64,000 bases of DNA, from positions 67,409 through 131,408 of the forward strand of contig JACKGO010000001.1 in NCBI GenBank assembly GCA_020631975.1, read 5' to 3'. Below the pieces are notes generated by a model that worked only from the letters and a program-made list of their open reading frames with translations, searched no databases and was not told the origin of the DNA. Every line of letters starts with the position of its first letter. The first letter of the stretch is position 1. Origin of the DNA: Candidatus Nomurabacteria bacterium. Lineage in GTDB: Bacteria > Patescibacteriota > Saccharimonadia > Saccharimonadales > CAIOMD01. Below, one piece after another: positions 28,387 to 37,655 of this stretch. The position numbers were made by a program, and so were the translations under genes.

Positions 28387-29503
28387 AGTTAAGTCCCTAG
28401 AACCGAGTGTGCATATTCGCTATATTGGGAAGTATAGCGATACTACGACGCAAAGTATCGTTACAAACCAGGCGATAGAAAAAAACTACGCTATCGCAGC
28501 CGGTAAGTTACGACGTTTTCATGGTAAAAAATGGTATTGGTATTTTACGCAACCTGGGTTGGTTGCCAGAAATATAAAAGATAGTTTATTGTTTAGCGTA
28601 GGCTTTGTACAATCAATTAGTATCCTTATATTTTGGCGTCCTAACGTGGTTTTTGTAAAAGGTGGATACGTTGGCTTACCTGTTGGGCTGGCTGCTGCTT
28701 GCTTGCGTATCGCCATTGTAACGCACGATTCAGATGTCCTACCTGGCCTTACTAACCGAATCTTATCAAAATTTGCACGCACGTTAGCTGTTGGGGCTCC
28801 GGTAGATCAATATCCGCAGTATGCGAATAAAACGGTTATTTACACAGGTGTGCCTGTACGCAATGATTTCATACAACCACCGTTAAAATCTGCTGCGCGT
28901 AAGCAGCTTGGTATTCCTAAACAAAGCCATGTGGTTGCCATTGTAGGCGGATCTTTGGGTGCTGTTCGGGTTAATGATGCTATCTTGGTAAATTTGGATA
29001 AACTGTTTGTAGATACCTTTAAAAGTCTAGACTCTCCATTAAAACTTTTGTGGTTTACAGGGGCGCATGGCTACAAAAAAATATTACATGCAGTAGAAAA
29101 GACTTCCCACAAAGACAATATTATAGTAGAACCGTACACAAACGACTTAGCTACAGTATTTTCGGCAGCTGATGTTGTGATAACGCGGGCTGGTGCAACC
29201 ACACTCGCTGAACTTTCTATAATGAAAAAACCAAGTGTTATCATACCAAATCCGCTCTTAACTGGTGGGCATCAGACGATGAACGCACGTGTATATCAAC
29301 AGCACAATGCAGCAATAGTAGTAACTGAAAAACAGCTCGCAGATTCTCCCTTGATACTAAGTGGTGTAGTAAAAGATGTATTAATGAACCAAGAGAAACA
29401 ATTGATGTTATCTGATAATATGTCAACATTCGCCAGAGTAGATGCCGCTAAAGATATTGCACACTTACTGCTTGCAGCTGGTAATAGGAATAGTGGGGTA
29501 TAA
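28313..29503 (+). CDS. murG: UDP-N-acetylglucosamine--N-acetylmuramyl-(pentapeptide) pyrophosphoryl-undecaprenol GlcNAc transferase
   Basis: ITGGGTAGHVTPLLAV and ITRAGATTLAEL....PSVIIP......HQ..NA. Confidence 0.85.
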   Translation: MRVKIVITGGGTAGHVTPLLAVASEVKSLEPSVHIRYIGKYSDTTTQSIVTNQAIEKNYAIAAGKLRRFHGKKWYWYFTQPGLVARNIKDSLLFSVGFVQSISILIFWRPNVVFVKGGYVGLPVGLAAACLRIAIVTHDSDVLPGLTNRILSKFARTLAVGAPVDQYPQYANKTVIYTGVPVRNDFIQPPLKSAARKQLGIPKQSHVVAIVGGSLGAVRVNDAILVNLDKLFVDTFKSLDSPLKLLWFTGAHGYKKILHAVEKTSHKDNIIVEPYTNDLATVFSAADVVITRAGATTLAELSIMKKPSVIIPNPLLTGGHQTMNARVYQQHNAAIVVTEKQLADSPLILSGVVKDVLMNQEKQLMLSDNMSTFARVDAAKDIAHLLLAAGNRNSGV

Positions 29504-29508
29504 AGCCT

Positions 29509-30414
29509 GTGTTATTTAGAAAAAAGAAAAAACCCACTGTAGATACGAGACAAAGAAACACCGGCTCAGGGCAAAAAGTAAATTCATACTATACGGCTTC
29601 TAAGAAGCAAATTACGACATTTCAACGCCACACATCTACAGAACCTGCAAAGAAGAGCGTAGGTAAAATTATTAAAACATACAGCACCGTCGTACTTGGC
29701 AGCACATTATTAATTATTGCGCTTTTTGCTATGGTGACACTCAGTAGCACTGCTTCAATACGTATAGAAAACGGTGGTGAGTATCGTACACCAGAACAGT
29801 ACCAAGCGATTATAAACGAAGCACTGCAAAAGCAAGTAAATAACAAATTTAAACTTACACTAGACTCTAATGGGGTAGCTGAAGACATTAAACGACAATT
29901 ACCAGAAGCATACAATGTAGCTGTCTATGCACCACTGTTTGGCCGTAATCCGGAGGTTATCATAACAACTGCAGCACCATTTGCTGTTTTGCAGCAAGAC
30001 AATGCACCGAGTCTCGTGATGTCTGAACGTGGACGATTAGTACTAGAAACTACCCAGTCAGTCGTAGATAGTACTCATCTGGCCACTATTACCAATGAAT
30101 CAGGAACACGTTATAATACAAACGATCAGTTATTTAAGCCAGATGAGATGGCATCCCTACGAGCACTACAGTTTCAATACACCAAGGGTGATATAAATCT
30201 ACAGGGAAGTGTAGCATACGTGCTGCCAATAGCACCAAGAGAAATTCATACGAAAGAAGGCACCTATATTGCTAAGTTTAGCTTAAACGACGACGCAAAT
30301 ATCACGCAGCAGTTTGGTGCACTGAGGGCAGTGCAAGCGCAGTTACAGGCTCAAGATAAAACACCACAAGAATACATAGACGTACGACTCGCTTCAAAAG
30401 TCTTTATACGCTAA
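29509..30414 (+). CDS. ftsQ: FtsQ/DivIB-like cell-division protein
   Basis: Basic N-terminus, one TM (TVVLGSTLLIIALFAMVTL) and an extracytoplasmic POTRA-like region; position after murG. GTG start. Confidence 0.5.
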   Translation: MLFRKKKKPTVDTRQRNTGSGQKVNSYYTASKKQITTFQRHTSTEPAKKSVGKIIKTYSTVVLGSTLLIIALFAMVTLSSTASIRIENGGEYRTPEQYQAIINEALQKQVNNKFKLTLDSNGVAEDIKRQLPEAYNVAVYAPLFGRNPEVIITTAAPFAVLQQDNAPSLVMSERGRLVLETTQSVVDSTHLATITNESGTRYNTNDQLFKPDEMASLRALQFQYTKGDINLQGSVAYVLPIAPREIHTKEGTYIAKFSLNDDANITQQFGALRAVQAQLQAQDKTPQEYIDVRLASKVFIR

Positions 30415-30434
30415 AGACAAGGGCACATATGTAA

Positions 30435-30616
30435 TGTTCGTATTTTGTTTATTTTATAAACAAACAGAGCAGGAGGGGGGAAGGGCTACCCCAACGCAGT
30501 ATGCAGCAGGATAGATAAAGTAGTATCATAATGTGTTATTTAGTAAAAAACTATATAAACATACAAAACTGTGGAAAAGTCAAAATTAATTGTATAATCG
30601 TGTTCGTATTTTGTTT
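30435..30616 (+). repeat. Two identical copies of TGTTCGTATTTTGTTT, 166 bp apart, in a 670-bp gene-free region
   Basis: Copies at 30435-30450 and 30601-30616. Each is followed by a short A/T inverted repeat, and the second is preceded by TGtATAAT (30591-30598). Confidence 0.8.
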
Positions 30617-31087
30617 GTGATTTTACAAACTAAAATTTATAGCAGTATAAGCATTCTTGGAAATTGTACACGGTATATAGACGAACACCACACACCTATA
30701 TAGAAGAGCGTAAACGACGTATAAGCATACAGGTACATTAAGAGAAAAACGCTTACTCCCCCCTGTATGAAGACGTATTGGATTATAACTATTACACATA
30801 TAAGCACGTCGTAAAAGGTATATTGTGCGACATTATGCATAGCAGTCTGGGGGACTACTCTGCTACTGCTTTTTGTGCATTACAATGTATATGTTTATAC
30901 GTTCCGCGATTCTTTCAATGCCCATATGTATATATATTCGTTGTGTGACCTTCGCGCTATTGTTTGGCTATAATTCTTTTTCATACACGAGTTACTATTT
31001 ATATATAATTATTGTTGCTTTATTAACAAAGTTCGCAAAATGTTCATAATTTATATATTGCCACATAATTCACAGTGGGCGAACCTA

Positions 31088-33661
31088 TTATCGCAAATGG
31101 AGCGTATTATCTTTTGTAAGAGTTTGGTTGGTTTCGTCTAACGATTGTGTCTGTGGCTTAGGGTTTGTTGCAGATGCAGCGTCGCGCGCTTGTGCTTCGG
31201 CGGCTCTTTTTCTTCGTAATCGCCTTTTTTGGCTTTCACTCAACTTTTGTGGCTCTGGTTGCTGGGCACGTGTAGCGGTTACACCTATGACATGCTTACT
31301 CATGGGGCGCGTAGACGTTGATGCGCTGCTGTTACGTTGCTGGAGAGGGTTTGATTGCGCCGGTGACGACGATTTAGGTGTATTCGCTAGTGTAACTGCT
31401 CGTATTTGTTGTTCAACGGTGTGAAGATCGCCCGCATAGGTCTTTCTGGAATGTTCGATGATTTTATCTGAATTATCTTCTAGCACTGGCGGGATATTAA
31501 GTGTTGTGGCGCTAAAGGGACTCGCTTTTTCTCCGTTTATACTCATGCTGGCGACAAAATGCCTATTATGGAATTGTGATAGATCAGTGGCTTCGAATTG
31601 TGGTTCGAAATATTTAACCAAAAAAGGGCTATCATCAGGGCTAACCCGAAAACTTACCATGCTGCCTACGTTGCCAAACACTGCATCACGGACAGGTTCT
31701 GCCATTTGTGAAATATACTGATTAGCAACCGTTAAATTTAGCCCATATTTTCTGGCTTCACTTAAAATGACCGCAAAGCTATCGGTGGCAAAGTTCTGAA
31801 ATTCATCTACGTACAGGTAAAATGGGCGCCGATTAGCAAGATCTGGTATATCTGCACGGCTCATCGCGGCTAATTGTATTTTAGTTACAAATAGCGACCC
31901 TAAAATGGCAGCGTTATCTTCACCAACAAGTCCCCGGGATAGATTGACGATTAATATTTTACTTTCATCCATTGCTTGGCGGATATTGAAGGTACTTTTT
32001 GGTTGCCCAACAATATTTCGTACGAGTGGGTTTGCCGTAAATGCACCAACCTTATTCAGTACCGGCGCGACTGCTTCTGAGGCAAACTTTTCGTTCCAGC
32101 TTGCAAACTCACTAAGCCAAAAGTTTTTAACGACAGGGTCGTCTACATGAGCTATGACATCGTTTCTAAACGGCTTATCAACAAGCATCCGGGTAATATC
32201 TAGTAATGTTGCGTTCGGATAGTCTAAGAGCGCTAAAATTGTGTAACGCAAGATATATTCGAGTCGCGGCCCCCACGATTCGAACATGCGTTTTAACACA
32301 CCGACGAGTTCACTGCTCACCTGCCCCTTAGAAGTAGAATCAGACAATTCTAGCGGGTTAAAGCCAATGGGATACTTGCTATCAGCAGGATTAAAATAGA
32401 TCACGTCTTTAATACGGTTTTTGGGTATGTATTTGATGACATTGCTTGCATAGTCTCCGTGTGGATCAATCACGGCAAACCCTTGGTTGTAATAGATATC
32501 AGATAGGGTAAGAAGTTCGAGCAGCCCAGATTTACCGGTGCCAGTTTGACCGATGATATACATGTGGCGACCACGATCACTACGTAAGGCCCCAAACATT
32601 TCATGTGTTCCCCGAAAATTAGTAATACCAAACAGGCTGAGACTCTCTTCTGGTACAGAGCCGTAGGTAGGCAAAGTACTTGGTGGCTCAGCTGTTTTAG
32701 TGGTAGCCCAGACAATATTTGGTGTTTCTACCGATGTATGTGGTAAATGGTATAAACTCGCTACCTCTTCTATATTGAGAATATAGCCTTTATCGGTAAA
32801 TGCTCGGTTAGCATATTCATTGACCTTCATGCGGTCAAAACTGGGGTATTTACTCTGAAAACCATTAAGATTTGTGGTATTAAACTGTTTAAAAGTGCCT
32901 ACCATGGCTTGCATACGTTGACGGGCGGTAGCTTCGTCATTACCTGTATAGATAATGCGAACCTTTACTTGGTAGCCTAGCTTGCGGCTCTTTTCTTCTA
33001 TTGCGGTCATGCGTGTTTTATCGCGCTCTGTGGGCTCGTAGCTTGTAGTTGACGCACCTGGCTCTGGTGGCTTTACAATCGCACCGAGCGCTTGCCCCAG
33101 ATATGACAGACCGCTGCCACTACTAGACCATCCACCAGCCTTAATACGCCGAACCATTTTGGCACTTTTTTTATGCCATTCATCACTCACGGGGCGGACA
33201 ATTACCTGCACCCACATTTCTTCGTTCGGTTGGTTAAGCTTTGCAAGGGTCGCAGTGATTGCTGCCAATGGGTCTACTTCAAAACTAGGAAAGGTTTTTA
33301 TAGGTAACGTTTCGTTATCGGTTAATACTAGTTCGGTAGAATGTATTACACTTTGGTTCAGTGGACGTTCTGTGTAATCATACTCAGTTTCTGATATTTG
33401 TGCAGTGGGGTATTGAGCATAGACTTGCCCTTCTACAAAGGCTTGTAAATGCTTTGGCACCCAAATATAAAACCGGATGCGTTGGCCAATTGCAGCAATT
33501 TCAAAGCTTATTTTATCTTGCGACTGATGGGTATCACCGAAATATGACTTCTTAGGTTTCAATATTCCGTGTAACGCAGCAAACATCTGCTCCGCAGAGA
33601 GCTCTTTCTTGTCGTTGGTGCGTGGTATTTCAACTAATAATAGTGAGGCTTTGTCTGCCAT
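31088..33661 (-). CDS. Soluble TraG/TraD/VirD4-like (T4SS coupling-protein-type) P-loop ATPase with unknown N-terminal domain and basic low-complexity tail
   Basis: Walker A IIGQTGTGKSG, Walker B/TraG-D_C-like FYLYVDEFQNFATDSF..EARKYGLNLTVANQY. No TM helices. The C-terminal ~110 aa are S/Q/R/K-rich. Confidence 0.65.
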   Translation of the reverse strand: MADKASLLLVEIPRTNDKKELSAEQMFAALHGILKPKKSYFGDTHQSQDKISFEIAAIGQRIRFYIWVPKHLQAFVEGQVYAQYPTAQISETEYDYTERPLNQSVIHSTELVLTDNETLPIKTFPSFEVDPLAAITATLAKLNQPNEEMWVQVIVRPVSDEWHKKSAKMVRRIKAGGWSSSGSGLSYLGQALGAIVKPPEPGASTTSYEPTERDKTRMTAIEEKSRKLGYQVKVRIIYTGNDEATARQRMQAMVGTFKQFNTTNLNGFQSKYPSFDRMKVNEYANRAFTDKGYILNIEEVASLYHLPHTSVETPNIVWATTKTAEPPSTLPTYGSVPEESLSLFGITNFRGTHEMFGALRSDRGRHMYIIGQTGTGKSGLLELLTLSDIYYNQGFAVIDPHGDYASNVIKYIPKNRIKDVIYFNPADSKYPIGFNPLELSDSTSKGQVSSELVGVLKRMFESWGPRLEYILRYTILALLDYPNATLLDITRMLVDKPFRNDVIAHVDDPVVKNFWLSEFASWNEKFASEAVAPVLNKVGAFTANPLVRNIVGQPKSTFNIRQAMDESKILIVNLSRGLVGEDNAAILGSLFVTKIQLAAMSRADIPDLANRRPFYLYVDEFQNFATDSFAVILSEARKYGLNLTVANQYISQMAEPVRDAVFGNVGSMVSFRVSPDDSPFLVKYFEPQFEATDLSQFHNRHFVASMSINGEKASPFSATTLNIPPVLEDNSDKIIEHSRKTYAGDLHTVEQQIRAVTLANTPKSSSPAQSNPLQQRNSSASTSTRPMSKHVIGVTATRAQQPEPQKLSESQKRRLRRKRAAEAQARDAASATNPKPQTQSLDETNQTLTKDNTLHLR

Positions 33662-33765
33662 ATAACCTTAAGTATTTTTTAAGAACAGCTTATATTATAC
33701 CCTTTAAAGGCGCTAAATAGAATGATGAAGTCACTTGTTAGGGATGCATTTTTTAGATAACGTTT

Positions 33766-34842
33766 TTACAATGAAGCTTCGTCGAGTGCATAAGTGGCTT
33801 TCGCAACGCGTTTAAATTGCGGTTTGCCTTGGAGATTAAGCAAAATCGTCGTTTCTTTAACGTAGCGGTTTTTAAGCACCCGTTTAACGATTTCGTCACG
33901 ATGTAGCGGCTCGCCAGCTTTGCGAAGAACCTCTGTAATAATGTCAGCAACTGTGCCTTTTTTGTAGCCCCATTCGTTTAGTGCATATATGCCCCGCCCA
34001 ATCAGCACAAAGCGCTTATCTTTAATGAGCTCATTGTGGATTGCCTGGGTGGTAACATCTTTTCGCTTAAAATCAGACTCTTTAATAGCATCGGCTATCT
34101 CACTAAAATGCATATGGCTTCCCTTTTCGCTTAAAATAACATATATTTTATCGCGAATATTCTTTGGGTTAACAGTTGGCCATTTCGTAAGACCCCATAC
34201 ACCATTTAACGACGCCAAGTACTTAGATATACTGGCGAGTGCTTGTGTGTGCGCGGTGTCACTACTGTGCACTGAAGCAGCAATTTGCTCTATGGGTTCT
34301 GGCTGCCTATTTTTCTTGATTGCATCAACAATTTTTCCTACAGCTTCACGGATATGTTTTTCATCGTGTACCGAGCGTTCACCAACAGCATTATAAAAGT
34401 GATCGCTTTCATCTATAACACTAAGTTCGGGCGCGAGTTCAGCAAAGAAAGCTATGCGAGCTTGACTAATTTTAGATGGCTGCAAAGTCAGAAGATCTGA
34501 TAGTTGCGTAACACGCATTACGTGGCCGTTTGTCTGTAAAATGTCAATGATTGCTGTAGTGACTTCAGCTAAACCAGGTATTTCGTCCTTTTCTGCAGCA
34601 GTTTTAAGGCGTGTGATAACTGATTTTTCTAATTGTCGAACGCGTTCTCTGGTGATACCGAGTAGTTCGCCGACTTGTTCGAGCGTTTCTTTACGATCGT
34701 AGAGGCCAAATCGCCTAGATATAATTTCTCGTTCACGTTCTCTGTCAATCGTACCAAGGACCTGCTGTAAAATGGTCTCTAGTTCCACACCCTGCGCTGT
34801 TTTGGCGGCAGTCGTCATACCGATTAATCTCCTTACATTCAT
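33766..34842 (-). CDS. DNA-binding protein with N-terminal sigma-70 region-4 HTH and C-terminal HARE-HTH-like domain
   Basis: ISRRFGLYDRKETLEQVGELLGITRERVRQLEKSVITRLK has the region-4 pattern. MHFSEIADAIK...NELIKDKRFVLIGRGIYALNEWGY has the HARE-HTH pattern, as in the RNAP delta N-terminus. Confidence 0.55.
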   Translation of the reverse strand: MNVRRLIGMTTAAKTAQGVELETILQQVLGTIDREREREIISRRFGLYDRKETLEQVGELLGITRERVRQLEKSVITRLKTAAEKDEIPGLAEVTTAIIDILQTNGHVMRVTQLSDLLTLQPSKISQARIAFFAELAPELSVIDESDHFYNAVGERSVHDEKHIREAVGKIVDAIKKNRQPEPIEQIAASVHSSDTAHTQALASISKYLASLNGVWGLTKWPTVNPKNIRDKIYVILSEKGSHMHFSEIADAIKESDFKRKDVTTQAIHNELIKDKRFVLIGRGIYALNEWGYKKGTVADIITEVLRKAGEPLHRDEIVKRVLKNRYVKETTILLNLQGKPQFKRVAKATYALDEASL

Positions 34843-35019
34843 CTAATACACAATGGAGCGTATTAGGTTTTATATATTTATAGTACAATAAATCTTATGC
34901 AGTGTCAAATATTTGATTTACTAACATTATTGTAGCACAAAATAGACTATTTAGCATACATTGTATTTTATAAGTCATTAGTAAACATATTGGAAAAAAC
35001 CCCAACAAAACGGTATTGC

Positions 35020-37299
35020 TTATTTAGATTTTTTGCGTTTTTTAGGGGGCTTGGCTTTAGCGATTAACTCTTTAGCTTGTTCGAGCGTAATGTCTTTGGG
35101 GACGATACTTTTAGGAATACGCGCATTCTTTGAGCCGTCCGTAACGTAGGCACCAAATGGGCCGTTAAGTACATTTAAGCCTTCTGCTGCGAAGGTTTTG
35201 ATGTCTTTTTTAGCGTTTTGCTCGAGCTTTTCTTCGTATAGGCGCTGGGCAGTGGCTTCGTCTACTTCAAAAGGCCCCATTGGTTTTATAGATACAAAAA
35301 TACGATCAACTTGAATATATGGTCCAAAACGGCCAATATTAGCGGTTATTTCTTTGCCGTCTTTCGTTGTACCGACAAGTCGTGGCAACGTAAACATGGT
35401 GAGCGCTTCTTCTAATGTAACGGTGTCGATGCGGGCGTTCTCTGGCATTGGTGCAAAGGCTGGTTTTTTATCATCTTGCGTTTCGCCACGTTGTAGCATT
35501 GGTCCAAATTTCCCATACCGCGCATAGATGGGTTCGCCTGTTTTCGGGTCTTTGCCTAGTAGTTTTGCTTGAGCAGCTTCTTGTCTACTGGCGCCTTCTG
35601 CTTCTATGACTAGTGGATGAAATTGTTTATAAAAGTCACTAATTGCTTTTTGCCACTTTTTTTCACCTTGTGCAATGATGTCTAGTTCGGTTTCAGCCTG
35701 CGCAGTAAAGCCGCTATTCACAATAGAACCAAACTGCTTTACCAAGAAATCTGTTGTCACCCCTGCGAGGTGTGTTGGAATAAGCTTATTTTTATCTGCC
35801 CCAGCGAGTTCGGACTCTTGTGTGTGTTGAACTTCGCCAGCTCGTAAGCTATAGACTTCTGAAGTACGCTGTTTGCCTTCTATGTCGGCTCTTTCTACAT
35901 AGCCTCTTGATTGTATAGTGCTAATTGTTGGCGCATAGGTGCTTGGTCGTCCAATGCCGAGTTCTTCTAGCGTGCGTACCAAACTCGCCTCTGAATAGCG
36001 TGCAGGTGGTCGGCTATACGACTGTTTGGCAGTAATTTCTGTATAGTGTAGCTGATCTCCTTGTTTGACGTTGGGCATTACTTGATCCTCTTTGTTACCA
36101 CCGTATACTTTGTAAAACCCGTCAAATACAATGATTTCACCCTTTGCGCTGAATACTTCTGTCGAGGAGCTAATGGCAATGTCAATATCGGTGCGTTCTA
36201 TCTTGGCTGGTGCCATTTGGCTCGCTAATGTTCGCTTCCAGATAAGTTGATACAGCTTTGTTTGATTAGTATCTTCGCCAGCTTGTAGGACTTCTACCCT
36301 TGTTGGTCTAATTGCTTCGTGTGCTTCTTGGGCAGAACTATTCTTTGTTTTATAGGTGCGGGTTTTGGCATAAGCTTCACCGTACGTTTTGGTAATGTAC
36401 TGACTAGTCGCAGCGAGTGACAGCCCTGATAGATTAGTGCTGTCTGTACGCATATAGGTGATGTGCCCGTTTTCATACAATCTCTGCGCGAGTGTCATCG
36501 TTTGTTTTACACTGAAGCCTAATTTACGAGCTGCTTCTTGCTGCAAGGTACTGGTGGTGAATGGTGCCGATGGGTTACGCTCGCCTGGTTTTTTGGTTAC
36601 TGCACTGACTGTAAAGGTGCTTTGAGCACAGGTTTGTAGTAATTTTTTCACTGCTTTATCTGACGTAAGGCGGTTTTTGAGTTCGGCAACGAGCACCATA
36701 GAATCTTTGTTAAATTCACCGGTTATTTTGTAGGTAATTTCTGGCGTATAATTTTCTATTTCTCGTTCTCTTTCTACAATGAGTCTCACAGCGACAGATT
36801 GCACCCTTCCGGCGCTTAATCCGGGCCTAATTTTTTTCCATAAAATAGGCGATAATTCATACCCAACAAGGCGGTCGAGCACGCGGCGTGCTTGCTGAGC
36901 ATCTACGAGATGTATATCTATATCTCTTGGGTGTTTGAGAGCATTCTTAATGGCGCTTTCAGTAATTTCATGAAATACAATTCGCTTGGTTTTTGTATGG
37001 TCTAGCTTTAATTCTTCGCTTATGTGCCACGCAATGGCTTCACCTTCGCGGTCTTCATCACTTGCCAGCCAAATATGATCGGCAGATTTTGATAACTTTT
37101 TTAGTTCTGCTACAGTTTTCTTTTTTTCTGGTGGTACTTCATAATGTGGGGCAAAGTTTTGCTTGATATCAATATTAAGCCCTTTAGCTGGTAAATCTCT
37201 AATATGTCCAATACTACTTTTTACGTCATAATCTTTGCCGAGGTACTTGGCAATTGTTTTAGCTTTAGCTGGTGATTCTACGATAACGAGATGCTTCAT
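35020..37299 (-). CDS. topA: DNA topoisomerase I
   Basis: TOPRIM N-terminus (LVIVESPAKAKTIAKYLG), SSIGHIRDLP, the active-site region ITYMRTDS, and a Lys-rich C-terminus. Confidence 0.95.
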   Translation of the reverse strand: MKHLVIVESPAKAKTIAKYLGKDYDVKSSIGHIRDLPAKGLNIDIKQNFAPHYEVPPEKKKTVAELKKLSKSADHIWLASDEDREGEAIAWHISEELKLDHTKTKRIVFHEITESAIKNALKHPRDIDIHLVDAQQARRVLDRLVGYELSPILWKKIRPGLSAGRVQSVAVRLIVEREREIENYTPEITYKITGEFNKDSMVLVAELKNRLTSDKAVKKLLQTCAQSTFTVSAVTKKPGERNPSAPFTTSTLQQEAARKLGFSVKQTMTLAQRLYENGHITYMRTDSTNLSGLSLAATSQYITKTYGEAYAKTRTYKTKNSSAQEAHEAIRPTRVEVLQAGEDTNQTKLYQLIWKRTLASQMAPAKIERTDIDIAISSSTEVFSAKGEIIVFDGFYKVYGGNKEDQVMPNVKQGDQLHYTEITAKQSYSRPPARYSEASLVRTLEELGIGRPSTYAPTISTIQSRGYVERADIEGKQRTSEVYSLRAGEVQHTQESELAGADKNKLIPTHLAGVTTDFLVKQFGSIVNSGFTAQAETELDIIAQGEKKWQKAISDFYKQFHPLVIEAEGASRQEAAQAKLLGKDPKTGEPIYARYGKFGPMLQRGETQDDKKPAFAPMPENARIDTVTLEEALTMFTLPRLVGTTKDGKEITANIGRFGPYIQVDRIFVSIKPMGPFEVDEATAQRLYEEKLEQNAKKDIKTFAAEGLNVLNGPFGAYVTDGSKNARIPKSIVPKDITLEQAKELIAKAKPPKKRKKSK

Positions 37300-37366
37300 A
37301 TATATAATACTGTGATTTTAGTATACGCTTCCCTTAGGCTACTGGTAACCCGCTAAAAATGCAAGT

Positions 37367-37408
37367 AGCCCCGCCCAATCCTAACGTACTGTTAGAATGG
37401 GCGGGGCT
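37367..37408. terminator. GC-rich hairpin between the 66-aa gene and topA
   Basis: AGCCCCGCCCA...TGGGCGGGGCT is a perfect 11-bp stem. It encloses a nested CTAAC-gtact-GTTAG hairpin. Confidence 0.5.
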
Positions 37409-37418
37409 AAAATAAATG

Positions 37419-37619
37419 CTACGTGGACCCCGCTAAGGCAATGTAGAATGCACCACTGCCCCATATAAATAGCAAGATAGTGAAGAATGCAAGGGTCGCA
37501 GCATCATCGTCCCAACCATCGCCTTCACGGTTTACCTCCCAGGCCAATTTACCAGTTGCAAAGGATGCAACGTAGAGGATGATTCCAACAAAGAGCAAAA
37601 GTAACATAGCCACTCCCAC
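37419..37619 (-). CDS. Small two-TM membrane protein (66 aa)
   Basis: Two hydrophobic helices flank an acidic loop (EVNREGDGWDDD). Confidence 0.45.
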   Translation of the reverse strand: MGVAMLLLLFVGIILYVASFATGKLAWEVNREGDGWDDDAATLAFFTILLFIWGSGAFYIALAGST

Positions 37620-37655
37620 GATGAGCCAAATTGGGATATGTTAACTATACCACTT

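Noticed and set aside
30637-30840. The 67-aa minus-strand ORF in the ftsQ-distal gap.
   Set aside because: It has no ribosome-binding site, its translation is aromatic/hydrophobic junk-like, and it overlaps the candidate plus-strand RNA and its terminator.
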